DNA of 64,000 bases from Eledone cirrhosa (GCA_964016885.1 OZ024764.1:2294001-2358000), one strand, 5' to 3'; shown: positions 23,755 to 39,990, counted from the stretch's first letter. The notes: a model not told the origin generated them from the letters alone. A program made the numbers and translations.

Positions 23755-26038
23755 TGTCAAGAAGGTCGAGGGTGTCTTAGCATCACTCAGCAAGACCTTT
23801 GTCAGCCGCTCTCCAGATATCTATTTAAGGCTGTATACAGCTATGTTGCGGCCACACTTAGAATTTGCATCACCAGTCTGGAACCCCTATCTTGCTCAGA
23901 ATATTGACCTCCTGGAAACTGTTCAGAGACATGCAACCAAGCGAATACCCTCCATCAGGCATCTACCATACTCTGAACGCCTTGCTTCCCTGGGTATGGA
24001 TACATTGAAGCTCCGACGCCTGGCAACTGACTTGGTAAACACCCACAAAATTATTAACCACCTTGCCAACAACAACCCTGAGTACCTTTTTGATTTCCAT
24101 GTGTCTAACACACGTGGGCATGCCTACAAAATCAGAAAACAGCAGAGATCCCATAACTTTCGGAAACATTTTTTCACGCTCAGAGTTGCTGAAGCATGGA
24201 ACAAACAACCTGCATCAGTTGTTAGCTGCCGAGACACTGCATCCTTTAAAACCTCCATGGAACAAACAACCTGCATCAGTTGTTAGCTGTCGAGACACTG
24301 CATCCTTTAAAACCTCCATGGAACAAACTACCTGCATCAGTTGTTAGCTGTCGAGACACTGCATCCTTTAAAACCTCCATGGAACAAACTACCAGTATCA
24401 GTTGTTAGCTGTCGAGACACTGCATCCTTTAAAACCTCCATGGAACAAACTACCTGCATCAGTTGTTAGCTGTCGAGACACTGCATCCTTTAAAACCTCC
24501 ATGGAACAAACTAGCTGCATCAGTTGTTAGTTGTCGAGACACTGCATCCTTTAAAACCTCCATGGAACAAACTCCCTGCATCAGTTGTTAGCTGTCGAGA
24601 CACTGCATCCTTTAAAACCTTGTTGGAACAAACTCCCTGCATCAGTTGTTAGCTGTCGAGACACTGCATCCTTTAAAACCTCCATGGAACAAACTACCTG
24701 CATCAGTTGTTAGCTGTCGAGACACTGCATCCTTTAAAACCTCCATGGAACAAACTACCTGCATCAGTTGTTAGCTGTCGAGACACTGCATCCTTTAAAA
24801 CCTCCATGGAACAAACTACCTGCATCAGTTGTTAGCTGTCGAGACACTGCATCCTTTAAAGCCTCCATGGAACAAACTACCTGCATCAGTTGTTAGCTGT
24901 CGAGACACTGCATCCTTTAAAACCTCCATGGAACAAACTCCCTGCATCAGTTGTTAGCTGTCGAGACACTGCATCCTTTAAAACCTCCATGGAACAAACT
25001 ACCTGCATCAGTTGTTAGCTGTTGAGACACTGCATCCTTTAAAACCTCCATGGAACAAACTACCTGCATCAGTTGTTAGCTGTCGAGACACTGCATCCTT
25101 TAAAACCTCCATGGAACAAACTACCTGCATTAGTTGTTAGCTGTCGAGACACTGCATCCTTTAAAACCTCCATGGAACAAACTACCTGCATCAGTTGTTA
25201 GCTGTCGAGACACTGCATCCTTTAAAACCTCCATGGAACAAACTCCCTGCATCAGTTGTTAGCTGTCGAGACACTGCATCCTTTAAAACCTCCATGGAAC
25301 AAACTACCTGCATCAGTTGTTAGCTGTTGAGACACTGCATCCTTTAAAACCTCCATGGAACAAACTACCTGCATCAGTTGTTAGCTGTCGAGACACTGCA
25401 TCCTTTAAAACCTCCATGGAACAAACTACCTGCATTAGTTGTTAGCTGTCGAGACACTGCATCCTTTAAAACCTCCATGGAACAAACTACCTGCATCAGT
25501 TGTTAGCTGTCGAGACACTGCATCCTTTAAAACCTCCATGGAACAAACTACCTGCATCAGTTGTTAGCTGTCGAGACACTGCATCCTTTAAAACCTCCAT
25601 GGAACAAACTACCTGCATCAGTTGTTAGCTGTCGAGACACTGCATCCTTTAAAACCTCCATGGAACAAACTACCTGCATTAGTTGTTAGCTGTCGAGACA
25701 CTGCATCCTTTAAAACCTCCATGGAACAAACTACCTGCATTAGTTGTTAGCTGTCGAGACACTGCATCCTTTAAAACCTCCATGGAACAAACTGCCTGCA
25801 TCAGTTGTTAGCTGTCGAGACACTGCATCCTTTAAAACCTCCATACTTCCAGTAATTCTCCAACACTGCACCTGATCCCCCCCCCCTCTCCATACACACA
25901 TACACACATGTATATCATGACTCATACACTGTTCACTTTCCCGACATTTGTACATTATTCTATGTACTATACATGCACCTTTGATGAGTTGTAGTGCACC
26001 TGAGCACTGTACACAATAATTTCTTTATCATTATCATT
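23755..26038 (+). mobile_element. CR1-group LINE 3' fragment containing a 61-bp array
   Basis: ORF 23843..24286 RPHLEFASPVWNPYL...; the element resumes after the array with its 3'UTR and TTA-like tail. Confidence 0.92.
24196..25845 (+). repeat. 61-bp tandem array (~27 copies)
   Basis: Unit ATGGAACAAACTACCTGCATCAGTTGTTAGCTGTCGAGACACTGCATCCTTTAAAACCTCC. Confidence 0.97.
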
Positions 26039-26090
26039 ACCTGTGATAATTGTAGCTCTGAGATATGTTATTAACTACCTCAGTACAAAC

Positions 26091-26147
26091 CTTGAGAAGC
26101 TGGGCTTCAGAGAACCAGAAAGACCTGTGTGCAGTACATTAGTGGAA
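26091..26147 (-). CDS. Candidate 57-nt internal exon (STNVLHTGLSGSLKPSFS)
   Basis: Acceptor ATATTTTCACAG| and donor AAG|GTTTGT. Only the phase-2 frame is open, and it matches the neighbouring exons. Confidence 0.42.
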
Positions 26148-26259
26148 CTGTGAAAATATGGACATTTTATAAATTTAGCATGAAATAACTATTTGTGTGG
26201 ATTAAAGAGATGTGTGTGAGCATAACTTAGAATATACACATCTACACATGCAATGACAG

Positions 26260-29530
<3,271 letters not shown>

Positions 29531-29644
29531 ATATAAAAAATACTTCCATTGTTAAATATATGTATGTATACTACATATATGTATGTATACTATATATATA
29601 TGTATGTATTTATACATGTATGTATATTATATATGTATATATAT

Positions 29645-29840
29645 AAAAAAACCTGGGACGAGGTGATAAAAACTGACCTTGCCCACTTACACCTCTCAAT
29701 GACATTGGATAGATCTTTGGCTCCATGCAGTTGTATAGAAGACCCACCTTCCCTTGCATACAAACCTACAGTCAGTAGGCACATCTTAACCCAATACACC
29801 CCACCCACCCTATTCCATCCTCCGCTTTCCGTCCACTGTG
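29645..29840 (+). mobile_element. RTE ORF C-terminus/3'UTR fragment leading into a 48-bp array
   Basis: KKTWDEVIKTDLAHLHLS is homologous to 55960..56100. Confidence 0.7.
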
Positions 29841-31644
29841 TAGGTATCACAACAAAAAACACCCAATCCACACTGTAAAGTGGTCATGCAGGTGACACAA
29901 CAAAAAGTACCCAGTCCACACTGTAAAGTGGTCATGTAGGTGTCACAACAAAAAGCACCCAGTCCACACTGTAAAGTGGTCATATAGGTGTCACAACAAA
30001 AAGTACCCAGTCCACACTGTAAAGTGGTCATGTAGGTGTCACAACAAACAACACCCAGTCCACACTGTAAAGTGGTCATGTAGGTGTCATAACAAACAAC
30101 ACCCAGTCCACACTGTAAAGTGGTCATGCAGGTGACACAACAAAAAGTACCCAGTCCACACTGTAAAGTGGTCATGTAGGTGTCACAACAAAAAGCACCC
30201 AGTCCACACTGTAAAGTGGTCATATAGGTGTCACAACAAAAAGTACCCAGTCCACACTGTAAAGTGGTCATGTAGGTGTCACAACAAACAACACCCAGTC
30301 CACACTGTAAAGTGGTCATGTAGGTGTCATAACAAACAACACCCAGTCCACACTGTAAAGTGGTCATGTAGGTGTCAACAAAAAACACCCAGTCCACACT
30401 GTAAAGTGGTCATGTAGGTGTCATAACAAACAACACCCAGTCCACACTGTAAAGTGGTCATGCAGGTGACACAACAAAAAGTACCCAGTCCACACTGTAA
30501 AGTGGTCATGTAGGTGTCAACAAAAAACACCCAGTCCACACTGTAAAGTGGTCATGTAGGTGTCACAACAAAAAACACCCAGTCCACACTGTAAAGTGGT
30601 CATGTAGGTGTCACAACAAAAAGTACCCAGTCCACACTGTAAAGTGGTCATGTAGGTGTCACAACAAACAACACCCAGTCCACACTGTAAAGTGGTCATG
30701 TAGGTGTCAACAAAAAACACCCAGTCCACACTGTAAAGTGGTTATGTAGGTGTCACAACAAACAACACCCAGTCCACACTGTAAAGTGGTCATGTAGGTG
30801 TCACAACAAAAAACACCCAGTCCACACTGTAAAGTGGTCATGTAGGTGTCACAACAAAAAACACCCAGTCCACACTGTAAAGTGGTCATGTAGGTGTCAT
30901 AAACAACACCCAGTCCACACTGTAAAGTGGTCATGTAGGTGTCACAACAAAAAGTACCCAGTCCACACTGTAAAGTGGTCATGTAGGTGTCACAACAAAC
31001 AACACCCAGTCCACACTGTAAAGTGGTCATGCAGGTGACACAACAAAAAGTACCCAGTCCACACTGTAAAGTGGTCATGTAGGTGTCACAACAAAAAGCA
31101 CCCAGTCCACACTGTAAAGTGGTCATATAGGTGTCACAACAAAAAGTACCCAGTCCACACTGTAAAGTGGTCATGCAGGTGACACAACAAAAAGTACCCA
31201 GTCCACACTGTAAAGTGGTCATGTAGGTGTCCCAACAAAAAACACCCAGTCCACACTGTAAAGTGGTCATGTAGGTGTCACAACAAAAAGTACCCAGTAC
31301 ACACTGTAAAGTGGTCATGCAGGTGACACAACAAAAAGTACGCAGTCCACACTGTAAAGTAGTCATGTAGGTCTCACAACAAACAACACCCAGTCCACAC
31401 TGTAAAGTGGTCATGTAGGTGTCACAACAAACAACACCCAGTCCACACTGTAAAGTAGTCATGTAGGTCTCACAACAAACAACACCCAGTCCACACTGTA
31501 AAGTGGTCATGTAGGTGTCACAACAAACAACACCCAGTCCACACTGTAATGTGGTCATGTAGGTGTCACAACAAACAACACCCAGTCCACACTGTAAAGT
31601 GGTCATGTAGGTGTCACAACAAACAACACCCAGTACACACTGTA
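29840..31644 (+). repeat. 48-bp minisatellite (~37 copies) with a ~240-bp (5-unit) higher-order repeat at the start
   Basis: The variant pattern at 29880..30120 is repeated at 30120..30360. Confidence 0.95.
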
Positions 31645-31649
31645 ATTCA

Positions 31650-31845
31650 GCCTCCTGCCTCCTTCCATCACTCATGAACATGACCCCCCGAGGTACTTAA
31701 ACTTCTCCACCTGCTTCAGTGGAACTCCATTCACGTGTAGAGTGCACTGCACAGACTTACTTATGAGGACAAGTGTCTCAGACTTTGCAGCACTAATTTT
31801 CACTCCGGCCACGCAGCACTTGGCATCAAACCTATCGAGTGCAAG
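31650..31845 (-). mobile_element. RTE-type RT fragment
   Basis: Minus frame ...GVKISAAKSETLV...VNGVPLKQVEKFKYLG. Confidence 0.7.
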
Positions 31846-31889
31846 TCAGAGAATTGCAAAATTAATTAATAAAATCACGTCTTACCTAC

Positions 31890-31999
31890 CTTGACATCCA
31901 TAAGACTGTGTCCATCCTTCAAGGCCAAACACAGAGAAAGTACAAGTCTAAGACAGACAGAATCACCAGCTCGGGCACTTCGGTCAAGTATCGGTCAAA
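31890..31999 (-). CDS. Candidate exon carrying a start codon (ATG at 31915; MDTVLWMS)
   Basis: Acceptor TTTTGTTTGTCTTTTAG|. Tandem donors AAG|GTAG|GTAAG; the first donor gives phase 2 into 26147. An in-frame TGA lies two codons upstream of the ATG. Confidence 0.33.
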
Positions 32000-32044
32000 C
32001 TAAAAGACAAACAAAAGCCTTTAAATATGTTATTACCTGTAATC

Positions 32045-33221
32045 CAGGGGTGTGTAACAGGCGGCCCGCGGGCCACAATCCGGCCCACCAAATAATAGGC
32101 TTATTTAGAAATTTTTCGTAACCGTAATACTTTTGTTAGTTGACCTATACTAAAGGGCTTCACTGATAGGGTTATGTGTGTTAGTTGACCTATACTAAAG
32201 GGCTTCACTGATAGGGTTATATGTGTTAGTTGACCTATACTAAAGGGTTTCACTGATAGGGTTATGTGTGTTAGTTGACCTATACTAAAGGGCTTCACTG
32301 ATAGGGTTATATGTGTTAGTTGACCTATACTAAAGGGTTTCACTGATAGGGTTATGTGTGTTAGTTGACCTATACTAAAGGGCTTCACTGATAGGGTTAT
32401 ATGTGTTAGTTGACCTATACTAAAGGGTTTCACTGATAGGGTTATGTGTGTTAGTTGACCTATACTAAAGGGCTTCACTGATAGGGTTATATGTGTTAGT
32501 TGACCTATACTAAAGGGTTTCACTGATAGGGTTATGTGTGTTAGTTGACCTATACTAAAGGGCTTCACTGATAGGGTTATATGTGTTAGTTGACCTATAC
32601 TAAAGGGTTTCACTGATAGGGTTATGTGTGTTAGTTGACCTATACTAAAGGGCTTCACTGATAGGGTTATATGTGTTAGTTGACCTATACTAAAGGGTTT
32701 CACTGATAGGGTTATGTGTGTTAGTTGACCTATACTAAAGGGCTTCACTGATAGGGTTATATGTGTTAGTTGACCTATACTAAAGGGTTTCACTGATAGG
32801 GTTATATGTGTTAGTTGACCTATACTAAAGGGTTTCACTGATAGGGTTATATGTGTTAGTTGACCTATACTAAAGGGTTTCACTGATAGGGTTATATGTG
32901 TTAGTTGACCTATACTAAAGGGCTTCACTGATAGGGTTATATGTGTTAGTTGACCTATACTAAAGGGCTTCACTGATAGGGTTATATGTGTTAGTTGACC
33001 TATACTAAAGGGTTTCACTGATAGGGTTATGTGTGTTAGTTGACCTATACTAAAGGGCTTCACTGATAGGTTTATATGTGTTATAATTTCCCAGTTCCAT
33101 GTTATGGAAAGAAGTTGTGGTGAATCTTTGGAATAGTGTTTAATAAATATTAATGGCCCTATTAGTTGTTCAAATGTTCAAAAGTGCCCCCCCCCCCAAT
33201 GGAATATGTTGCACACCCCTG
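32045..33221 (+). mobile_element. hAT (Charlie-like) MITE with internal 45-bp array
   Basis: TIRs CAGGGGTGTGTAAC / GTTGCACACCCCTG; subterminal GGCCCGCGGGCC; degenerate 8-bp TSD CTGTAATC / CTCTAAAC. Confidence 0.85.
32135..33083 (+). repeat. 45-bp tandem array (~21 copies; alternating 90-bp dimer in the first two thirds)
   Basis: Unit TTAGTTGACCTATACTAAAGGG(C/T)TTCACTGATAGGGTTAT(A/G)TGTG. Confidence 0.97.
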
Positions 33222-33520
33222 CTCTAAACAAAGCTAAAGTAGGTCAAATAAGTAAGTCAGATAAAACAGTAGTAGAGATCTCTATTTAACCCTTTACCAT
33301 TTACATTACTCTATATACAGGGTGTACCAGCAAAATTGTCCAAACTTTAGATTCAACTTCGAATCTCTGTATCTCAGGAAATTAATGGAATTGTCAGGGG
33401 TTTTCTAACACAATTGGACTCTTCTTTGAGCAAGAAAAATGTTGATTACTCTCCAAGCTCACCAGAAGAATTTGTGATGAAGTTGACCATGGATGAAAAT
33501 GACATTTTCATAAATTATTA

Positions 33521-33688
33521 CTGTATTTTCCGGCGCTAAAAACGCTTTTTCCTCGAGGGCTCACCCTAATTTTGACAACCAAATATTTGAAAAAAAATAA
33601 TAAACAACCTTCGGCTTCCAGGATGCTTAGTAGATTTTTGAGACTTATTTTAGGGAAAAAGTAGTGTCTTCGAAGCCGGGAAATATGG
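33521..33688. mobile_element. Small pogo/mariner-type MITE nested in the mariner
   Basis: TA|CTGTATTTTCCGGC ... GCCGGGAAATATGG|TA. Confidence 0.7.
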
Positions 33689-34596
33689 TAGCCATGGCTC
33701 AAGATTGGGAGCTCATAAACAATTGGAATAGAGTTTGAATGGAAGCTTAAAGTTTTACTCCAAAGTGCCAGAGACAATCCTGGCCGAAATCTTACCTGTT
33801 AGGCATCAAGAGTTGCTCTTTTTTTGGCAATGACTTCCTCAACCCTCTTTCTGACTGCACCACAAGCTTTCTTAATGGATGTCCTCCTCCCATGTCCTAC
33901 GGATGGAGATTTTGAGGGGCTTGTAGGTTAATTTGAGGCTTCTCACAAGCTTTTCTGACCAGTTCATTCCAGATGCTGAAGTCTAATGGGTTCAAATCAG
34001 GTGATGAAGGGCGCCAAGTGTCCTCCTCCCAAAACCTATTCCTAAACTCATCTGTGAGAAATGTTTGAGCCACCCCACTTGTGTGACAAGGAGCTCCATC
34101 TTGCTGTAATGTAAACTTGAAGCCCTTAGCTATCTTGTTGGGATTTCCCTCATCTCTTGTCTCAGGATATTCAGAAAACATCCAGGTCTTTACATCTTTA
34201 CATCTTTCAAAACCTGAACACAACAAACTCCCGTCAGACTCTCAGCCTTCTCAAACATGATCAATGGGATCCTCTTACCATCAGAGGCCACGCAGGCGAA
34301 AATCATCAATTTGGCAGGGTTTTTGCACCTGAAAATGACATTTGTGTCTCTCTCGTGAGTATCTGAAGCCAGAACATGGCTGTTGCGTCTGTCTGTGTTG
34401 TGCGTATCTTGGGTGAAATTCTTCTCATCTGTGTAAAAGATAACTCCAGGATAATGTTTCACTTTGTTCAAGATGATCTTCGCCCTCTCCAACCTTCTAA
34501 CCTTTTGTCCTGGAGTAACAACTCCAGATTGAAATGATGATCCCTCTTGCAGTTATGACCTCCTGATCCAGTTTTCTTCTCCATTATTTCCTCTTG

Positions 34597-34810
34597 GTGG
34601 ATTGGCAGTATCGGTAGAGAGTCGGACACCATGCTTTGAAGCATAGAGTTACGTCCCTTTATGATCTGAGTTCAAATCCCGCCAAGGTTAACTTTGCCTT
34701 TCATCCTTACGGGGGTCGATAAAATAAAGTACCAGTAATGTAATAAATGTCGATAAAATAAAGTACCAGTAATTGCTGGCCTTGTGCCTAAAATAGAAAC
34801 AATTATTTCC
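34597..34810 (+). mobile_element. tRNA-derived SINE of a second family (Meta-domain-like) inserted in the mariner
   Basis: B box GAGTTCAAATCCC; GCCTTTCATCCTT..GGGGTCGATAAAATAAAGTACCAG. Confidence 0.75.
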
Positions 34811-35160
34811 TCTTTCTCAAACTTATTCACAATTCTCTTGGTGGTTCTTGAATCGACTTTAAAGATGGAAGCCCCAGAATTAATGTTGTTGCCATTACTG
34901 AAGGCCTGGATGATCTTCGCCCTCTCCAACCTTCTAACCTTTTGTCCTGGAGTAACAAGGAGCCTCAGAGGTCTTTCACGTATGCTTTTATTTTCAAGTC
35001 TTCTGCCACCGCGCTTTGAACTGTCATAGCTGAAACTCCTCCCTCACATGCCAAGCATCTTATGGATTGAGTTGGATCTTTTCTTATTGATTACTTCAAA
35101 TCCAGATTGAAATGATGATCCCTCTTGCAGTTATGACCTCCTGATCCAGTTTTCTTCTCC

Positions 35161-35350
35161 GTGGATTGGCAGTAACGGTAGAGGGTCGGACACCATGCTT
35201 TGACGCATAGAGTTACGTCCCTTGCCATTCTGAGTTCAAATCCCGCCGAGGTTAACTTTGCCTTTCATCCTTACGGGGTCGATAAAATAAAGTACCAGTA
35301 ATACACTGGATAATTGCTGGCCTTGTGCCAAAAGTAGAAACAATTATTTC
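35161..35350 (+). mobile_element. Second copy of the same SINE, duplicated together with mariner flanks
   Basis: 34525..34925 and 35100..35455 share both the SINE and the flanking transposase sequence. Confidence 0.75.
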
Positions 35351-35810
35351 CTCTTTCTCAAACTTTCTCTTGGTGGTTCTTGAATCGACTTTAAAGATGG
35401 AAACCACAGAATTAATGTTGTTGCCATTACTGAAGGCCTGGATGATCTTCGCCTGCTCCACATTGCTCAACATTGCTTAGCTGGGAAGACATTGCTTAGC
35501 TGGCACTAAACAATTTCAGCCTCTGCTCTTTCTAGTTAAATATCTCAATAGATATTTCACTGATTCTTACAAGATCTGGTGTCAGTATGGCCAAACATCT
35601 TATCTGGAAAATATAGAAAATTGCAAATCGATGAGTTTATTGGTTTTAATAAGTTTTAAGAATTTGTGAGCGTGACAATTTTGCTGTTACACCCGGTATA
35701 CAGTATTGTGTTTTTGTGGTCAAGGCTTTATCTCACATAATACTTTACGTAATATCGAATCTATGAGATTTTGATGTTATTTATTTTGAGAACGATACCT
35801 TAAAGTTAGT

Positions 35811-37188
35811 GGCCAGTTAAAGTCAATATGAGCGGCCAGTTAAAGTCAGTGTGAGCGGCAAGTTAAAGTCAGTTTGAGCGGCCAGTTAAAGTCAGTGTGA
35901 GCGGCCAGTTAAAGTCAGTGTGAGCGGCCAGTTAAAGTCAGTATGAACGGCCAGTTAAAGTCAGTATGAGCGGCCAGTTAAAGTCAGTTTGAGCGGCCAG
36001 TTAAAGTCAGTTTGAGCGGCCAGTTAAAGTCAGTTTGAGCGGCCAGTTAAAGTCAGTATGAACGGCCAGTTAAAGTCAGTATGAGCGGCCAGTTAAAGTC
36101 AGCATGAGCGGCCAGTTAAAGTCAGGATGAGCGGCCAGTTAAAGTCAGTATGAGCGGCAAGTTAAAGTCAGTATGAGCGGCAAGTTAAAGTCAGTATGAG
36201 CGGCAAGTTAAAGTCAGTATGAGCGGCAAGTTAAAGTCAGTATGAGCGGCCAGTTAAAGTCAGCATGAGCGGCCAGTTAAAGTCAGTATGAGCGGCCAGT
36301 TAAAGTCAGTGTGAGCGGCCAGTTAAAGTCAGTATGAGCGGCCAGTTAAAGTCGGTATGGGCGGCCAGTTAAAGTCAGTGTGAGCGGCCAGTTAAAGTCA
36401 GTATGAGCGGCCAGTTAAAGTCAGTATGAGCGGCCAGTTAAAGTCGGTATGGGCGGCCAGTTAAAGTCAGTATGAGCGGCCAGTTAAAGTCGGTATGGGC
36501 GGCCAGTTAAAGTCAGTGTGAGCGGCCAGTTAAAGTCAGTATGAGCGGCCAGTTAAAGTCAGTTTGAGCGGCCAGTTAAAGTCGGTATGGGCGGCCAGTT
36601 AAAGTCAGTATGAGCGGCCAGTTAAAGTCAGTTTGAGCGGCCAGTTAATGTCAGTTTGAGCGGCCAGTTAAAGTCAGTATGTGCGCCCAGTTAAAGTCAG
36701 TTTGAGCGGCCAGTTAAAGTCAGTTTGAGCGGCCAGTTAAAGTCAGTTTGAGCGGCCAGTTAAAGTCAGTTTGAGCGGCCAGTTAAAGTCAGTTTGAGCG
36801 GCCAGTTAAAGTCAGTTTGAGCGGCCAGTTAAAGTCAGTTTGAGCGGCCAGTTAAAGTCAGTTTGAGCGGCCAGTTAAAGTCAGTTTGAGCGGCCAGTTA
36901 AAGTCAGTGTTAGCGGCAAGTTAAAGTCAGTTTGAGCGGCCAGTTAAAGTCGGTATGAGCGGCAAGTTAAAGTCAGTGTGAGCGGCCAGTTAAAGTCAGT
37001 TTGAGCGGCCAGTTAAAGTCAGTTTGAGCGGCCAGTTAAAGTCAGTTTGAGCGGCCAGTTAAAGTCAGTTTGAGCGGCCAGTTAAAGTCAGTTTGAGCGG
37101 CAAGTTAAAGTCAGTATGAGCGGCCAGTTAAAGTCAGTATGAGCGGCCAGTTAAAGTCAGTTTGAGCGGCCATTTAAAGTCAGTTTGA
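35811..37188 (+). repeat. 23-bp tandem array (~60 copies)
   Basis: Unit GGCCAGTTAAAGTCAGT(T/A/G)TGAGC. Confidence 0.97.
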
Positions 37189-37284
37189 ACAGAAAGATGT
37201 GAGACAATTCTGGCCAGATACGGCCAGTTTAAATGCTAAAGGGTTAATTACCATATCAGTTTCAAGGTAAAATTCCACACACCT

Positions 37285-38275
37285 TTGGTAGTGGTGGTAG
37301 TGGTTGTGTTGTGGTAATGGTGTTGGTGGTAGTGGTGGTGTGGTGGTGATGGTGTTGGTGTTGGTGGAGGTGGTAGTGGTTGTATTGTTATTGGTAGTGG
37401 TGTTGCTGGTGGTGGTGGTGGTGGTGGTGATGATGGTAGTGTTGTGGTGGTAGTGTTGTAGTGGTGGTGTTGGTATTGGTGTGGTGGTGGTTGTGGTGTT
37501 GTTGTGGTGGTGTTGTGCTGATGGTGTTGGTGTGGTGGTTGTGGTGGTGGTGGTGGTGTTGGTGTTGTGCTGATGGTGTTGGTGTGGTGGTGGTGTTGTG
37601 GTGGTGGTGGTGGTGTTGTGCTGGTGGTGGTGTGCTGATGGTGGTGGTGTTGGTGTGGTGGTGGTGCTGTGGTGGTGGTGCTGTGGTGGTGGTGGTGTGG
37701 TGGTGGTGGTGGTGGTGTGCTGATGGTGTTGGTGTGTTGGTGTGGTGGTTGTGGTGTTGGTGTGGTGGTGGTGGTGTGGTGGTGTTGGTGTGGTGGTTGT
37801 GGTGTGGTGGTTGTGGTGTTGGTGTGGTGGTGGTGGTGTTGGTGTGGTGGTGGTGGTGTTGGTGTGGTGGTGGTGTTGGTGTGGTGGTGTTGGTGGTGAT
37901 GTGGTGGTGGTGGTGGTGTTGGTGTGGTGGTGTTGGTGTTGGTGTGGTGGTGGTGGTGTTGTGCTGATGATGGTGGTGTTGTGCTGATGGTGTTGTGCTG
38001 ATGGTGTTGGTGTGGTGGTATTGTGCTGATGGTGGTGGTGTTGTGGTGGTGGTGGTGTTGGTGTTGTGGTGGTGGTGGTTTTGGTGTTGTGGTGGTGGTG
38101 CTGTTGTGGTGGTGTTGTGCTGATGGTGTTGGTGTTGATGTGGCGGTGGTGGTGGTGGTGCTGAGCTGAGGGTGGTGTTGGTGGTGGTAATGTGGTGGGG
38201 GTGTTGTGCTGATGGTAGTGTTGGTGGTGGTAATGTGGTGGGGGTGTTGGTGGTGGTGGTGTTGTGGTGGTATTG
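37285..38275 (+). repeat. (GGT)n low-complexity tract
   Basis: Direct inspection. Confidence 0.92.
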
Positions 38276-38417
38276 TTCAAACACAGTCGCCACCTTATAT
38301 TTCAATAAACTGTTACAAGGAGTGAATACAGAACACACACACATACACATATATATACACACACGCACAAGCATAAACCTATACATATGTATACCTCAAT
38401 GTATGTATGTGTGTGTG

Positions 38418-38461
<44 letters not shown>

Positions 38462-38733
38462 AAAGCTGAGAAAGACAGTTAAAAGTTGTGAAAATTTGCA
38501 AATGGCGGCGCCGTAAGTCTGCTGAAGATTAACAAATGGTGTAAAGAAAACACACATACACACACATATACATACATACACACACATATACATACATACA
38601 CATATATATACATACACACACATATACATACATACACATATATATACATACACACACATATACATACATACATATATATATACATACATACATATATATA
38701 CATACGCATACATGCATATGTACATACACACAT

Positions 38734-38771
<38 letters not shown>

Positions 38772-39164
38772 ACACATACATACATACATATACATACACA
38801 CATACATATATACACATAAATACACACATACATAGACATACATACACATACAATCATGCATACACAGACATATACATACACACACACACATACATACAAA
38901 CATATGCATACCAATACCTAAACAGACACACACACATGCATATATACACACATATATATATATACACAAATATTTAGATAAATACACATGCATACATAAA
39001 CACACACACATATATATATATGTACATATGCATACATATATACACACCCATACATGCACATACACGCACATATATATATATGTACATATGCATACATATA
39101 TACACACCCATACATGCACATACACGCACAACTATATATATATAAATACATATATACACATATA

Positions 39165-39696
39165 TCATCATCATCATTTTACGTCCGCTTCTCCCTGCTT
39201 GCAAGGGTGGGACAGGAACTGATTCTGGCTTGATTTCTACAGCTGGATGCCCTTCCTAACACCAACCTCATTTACAGTGAGTGCTGGATGCTTTTTTGCC
39301 GTGGCACCTCCACGACCACTTTACAGTGAGGGCTGGGTGCTTTTTTGCCGTGGCACCTCCACGACCACTTTACAGTGAGGGCTGGGTGCTTTTTTGCCGT
39401 GGCACCTCCACGACCACTTTACAGTGAGGGCTGGGTGCTTTTTTGCCGTGGCACCTCCACGACCACTTTACAGTGAGGGCTGGGTGCTTTTTTGCCGTGG
39501 CACCTCCACGACCACTTTGCAGTGGAATGAGAGGGACCCCAGTCCCTATCATCTCATTTCTACAGCTGAGTAAACTGGAGCAATGTGACATAAAGTGTCT
39601 TGCTCAAGGAAACAACACATCACCTGGTCTGAGAATTGAACTCACAACCTTACGATTGCAAGGCCAATGCTCTAACCACTAAGCCATGTGCCTCCA
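39165..39696 (-). mobile_element. tRNA-derived SINE, copy 3, with internal 49-bp unit x5 (39271..39518)
   Basis: Reverse complement of 12648..12980 with the GTGGTCGTGGAGGTGCCACGG...CACTGTAA segment amplified. Confidence 0.92.
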
Positions 39697-39747
39697 TATA
39701 TATATATATATTATACATATATCTAGCGTGGAAAATGGACGTTAAAC

Positions 39748-39798
<51 letters not shown>

Positions 39799-39952
39799 AT
39801 CATCATCATCATCGTTTAACGTAATCTTCCAAACATAGATATATGCACACATACACAGAAATATGCAGACATATACACATATATACATACATATAGGCAC
39901 GTATTCATACATGCACACTTGCACGCTAACATTTATAGATAGATGGTATATA

Positions 39953-39990
<38 letters not shown>

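Larger units (their letters stand above)
33318..35696 (-). mobile_element. Tc1/mariner (maT/DD37D-like) DNA transposon, decayed
   Basis: 23-bp TIRs CAGGGTGTACCAGCAAAATTGTC / GACAATTTTGCTGTTACACCCGG; TA TSD; transposase pieces FYTDEKNF, QQDGAPCH and PSSPDLNPLDFSIW, with frameshifts. Confidence 0.92.
33290..37243. mobile_element. piggyBac-type (TTAA) MITE inflated by a nested mariner and a 23-bp array
   Basis: TTAA|CCCTTTACCATTTA ... TAAATGCTAAAGGG|TTAA (13/14 TIR match). Confidence 0.75.

Noticed and set aside
31916-31999. Selenocysteine/readthrough extension of the candidate ORF through the upstream TGA
   Set aside because: No SECIS identified and no recognisable homology; a 5'UTR stop is simpler.
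32101-33063. 320-aa repeat ORF (VKPFSIGQLTHITLS)n
   Set aside because: By-product of a 45-bp array inside a MITE; the sister array has a 53-bp period and no ORF.
35811-37188. 23-bp array (and the other arrays) as CRISPR
   Set aside because: Head-to-tail units with no unique spacers, no cas genes, eukaryotic context.
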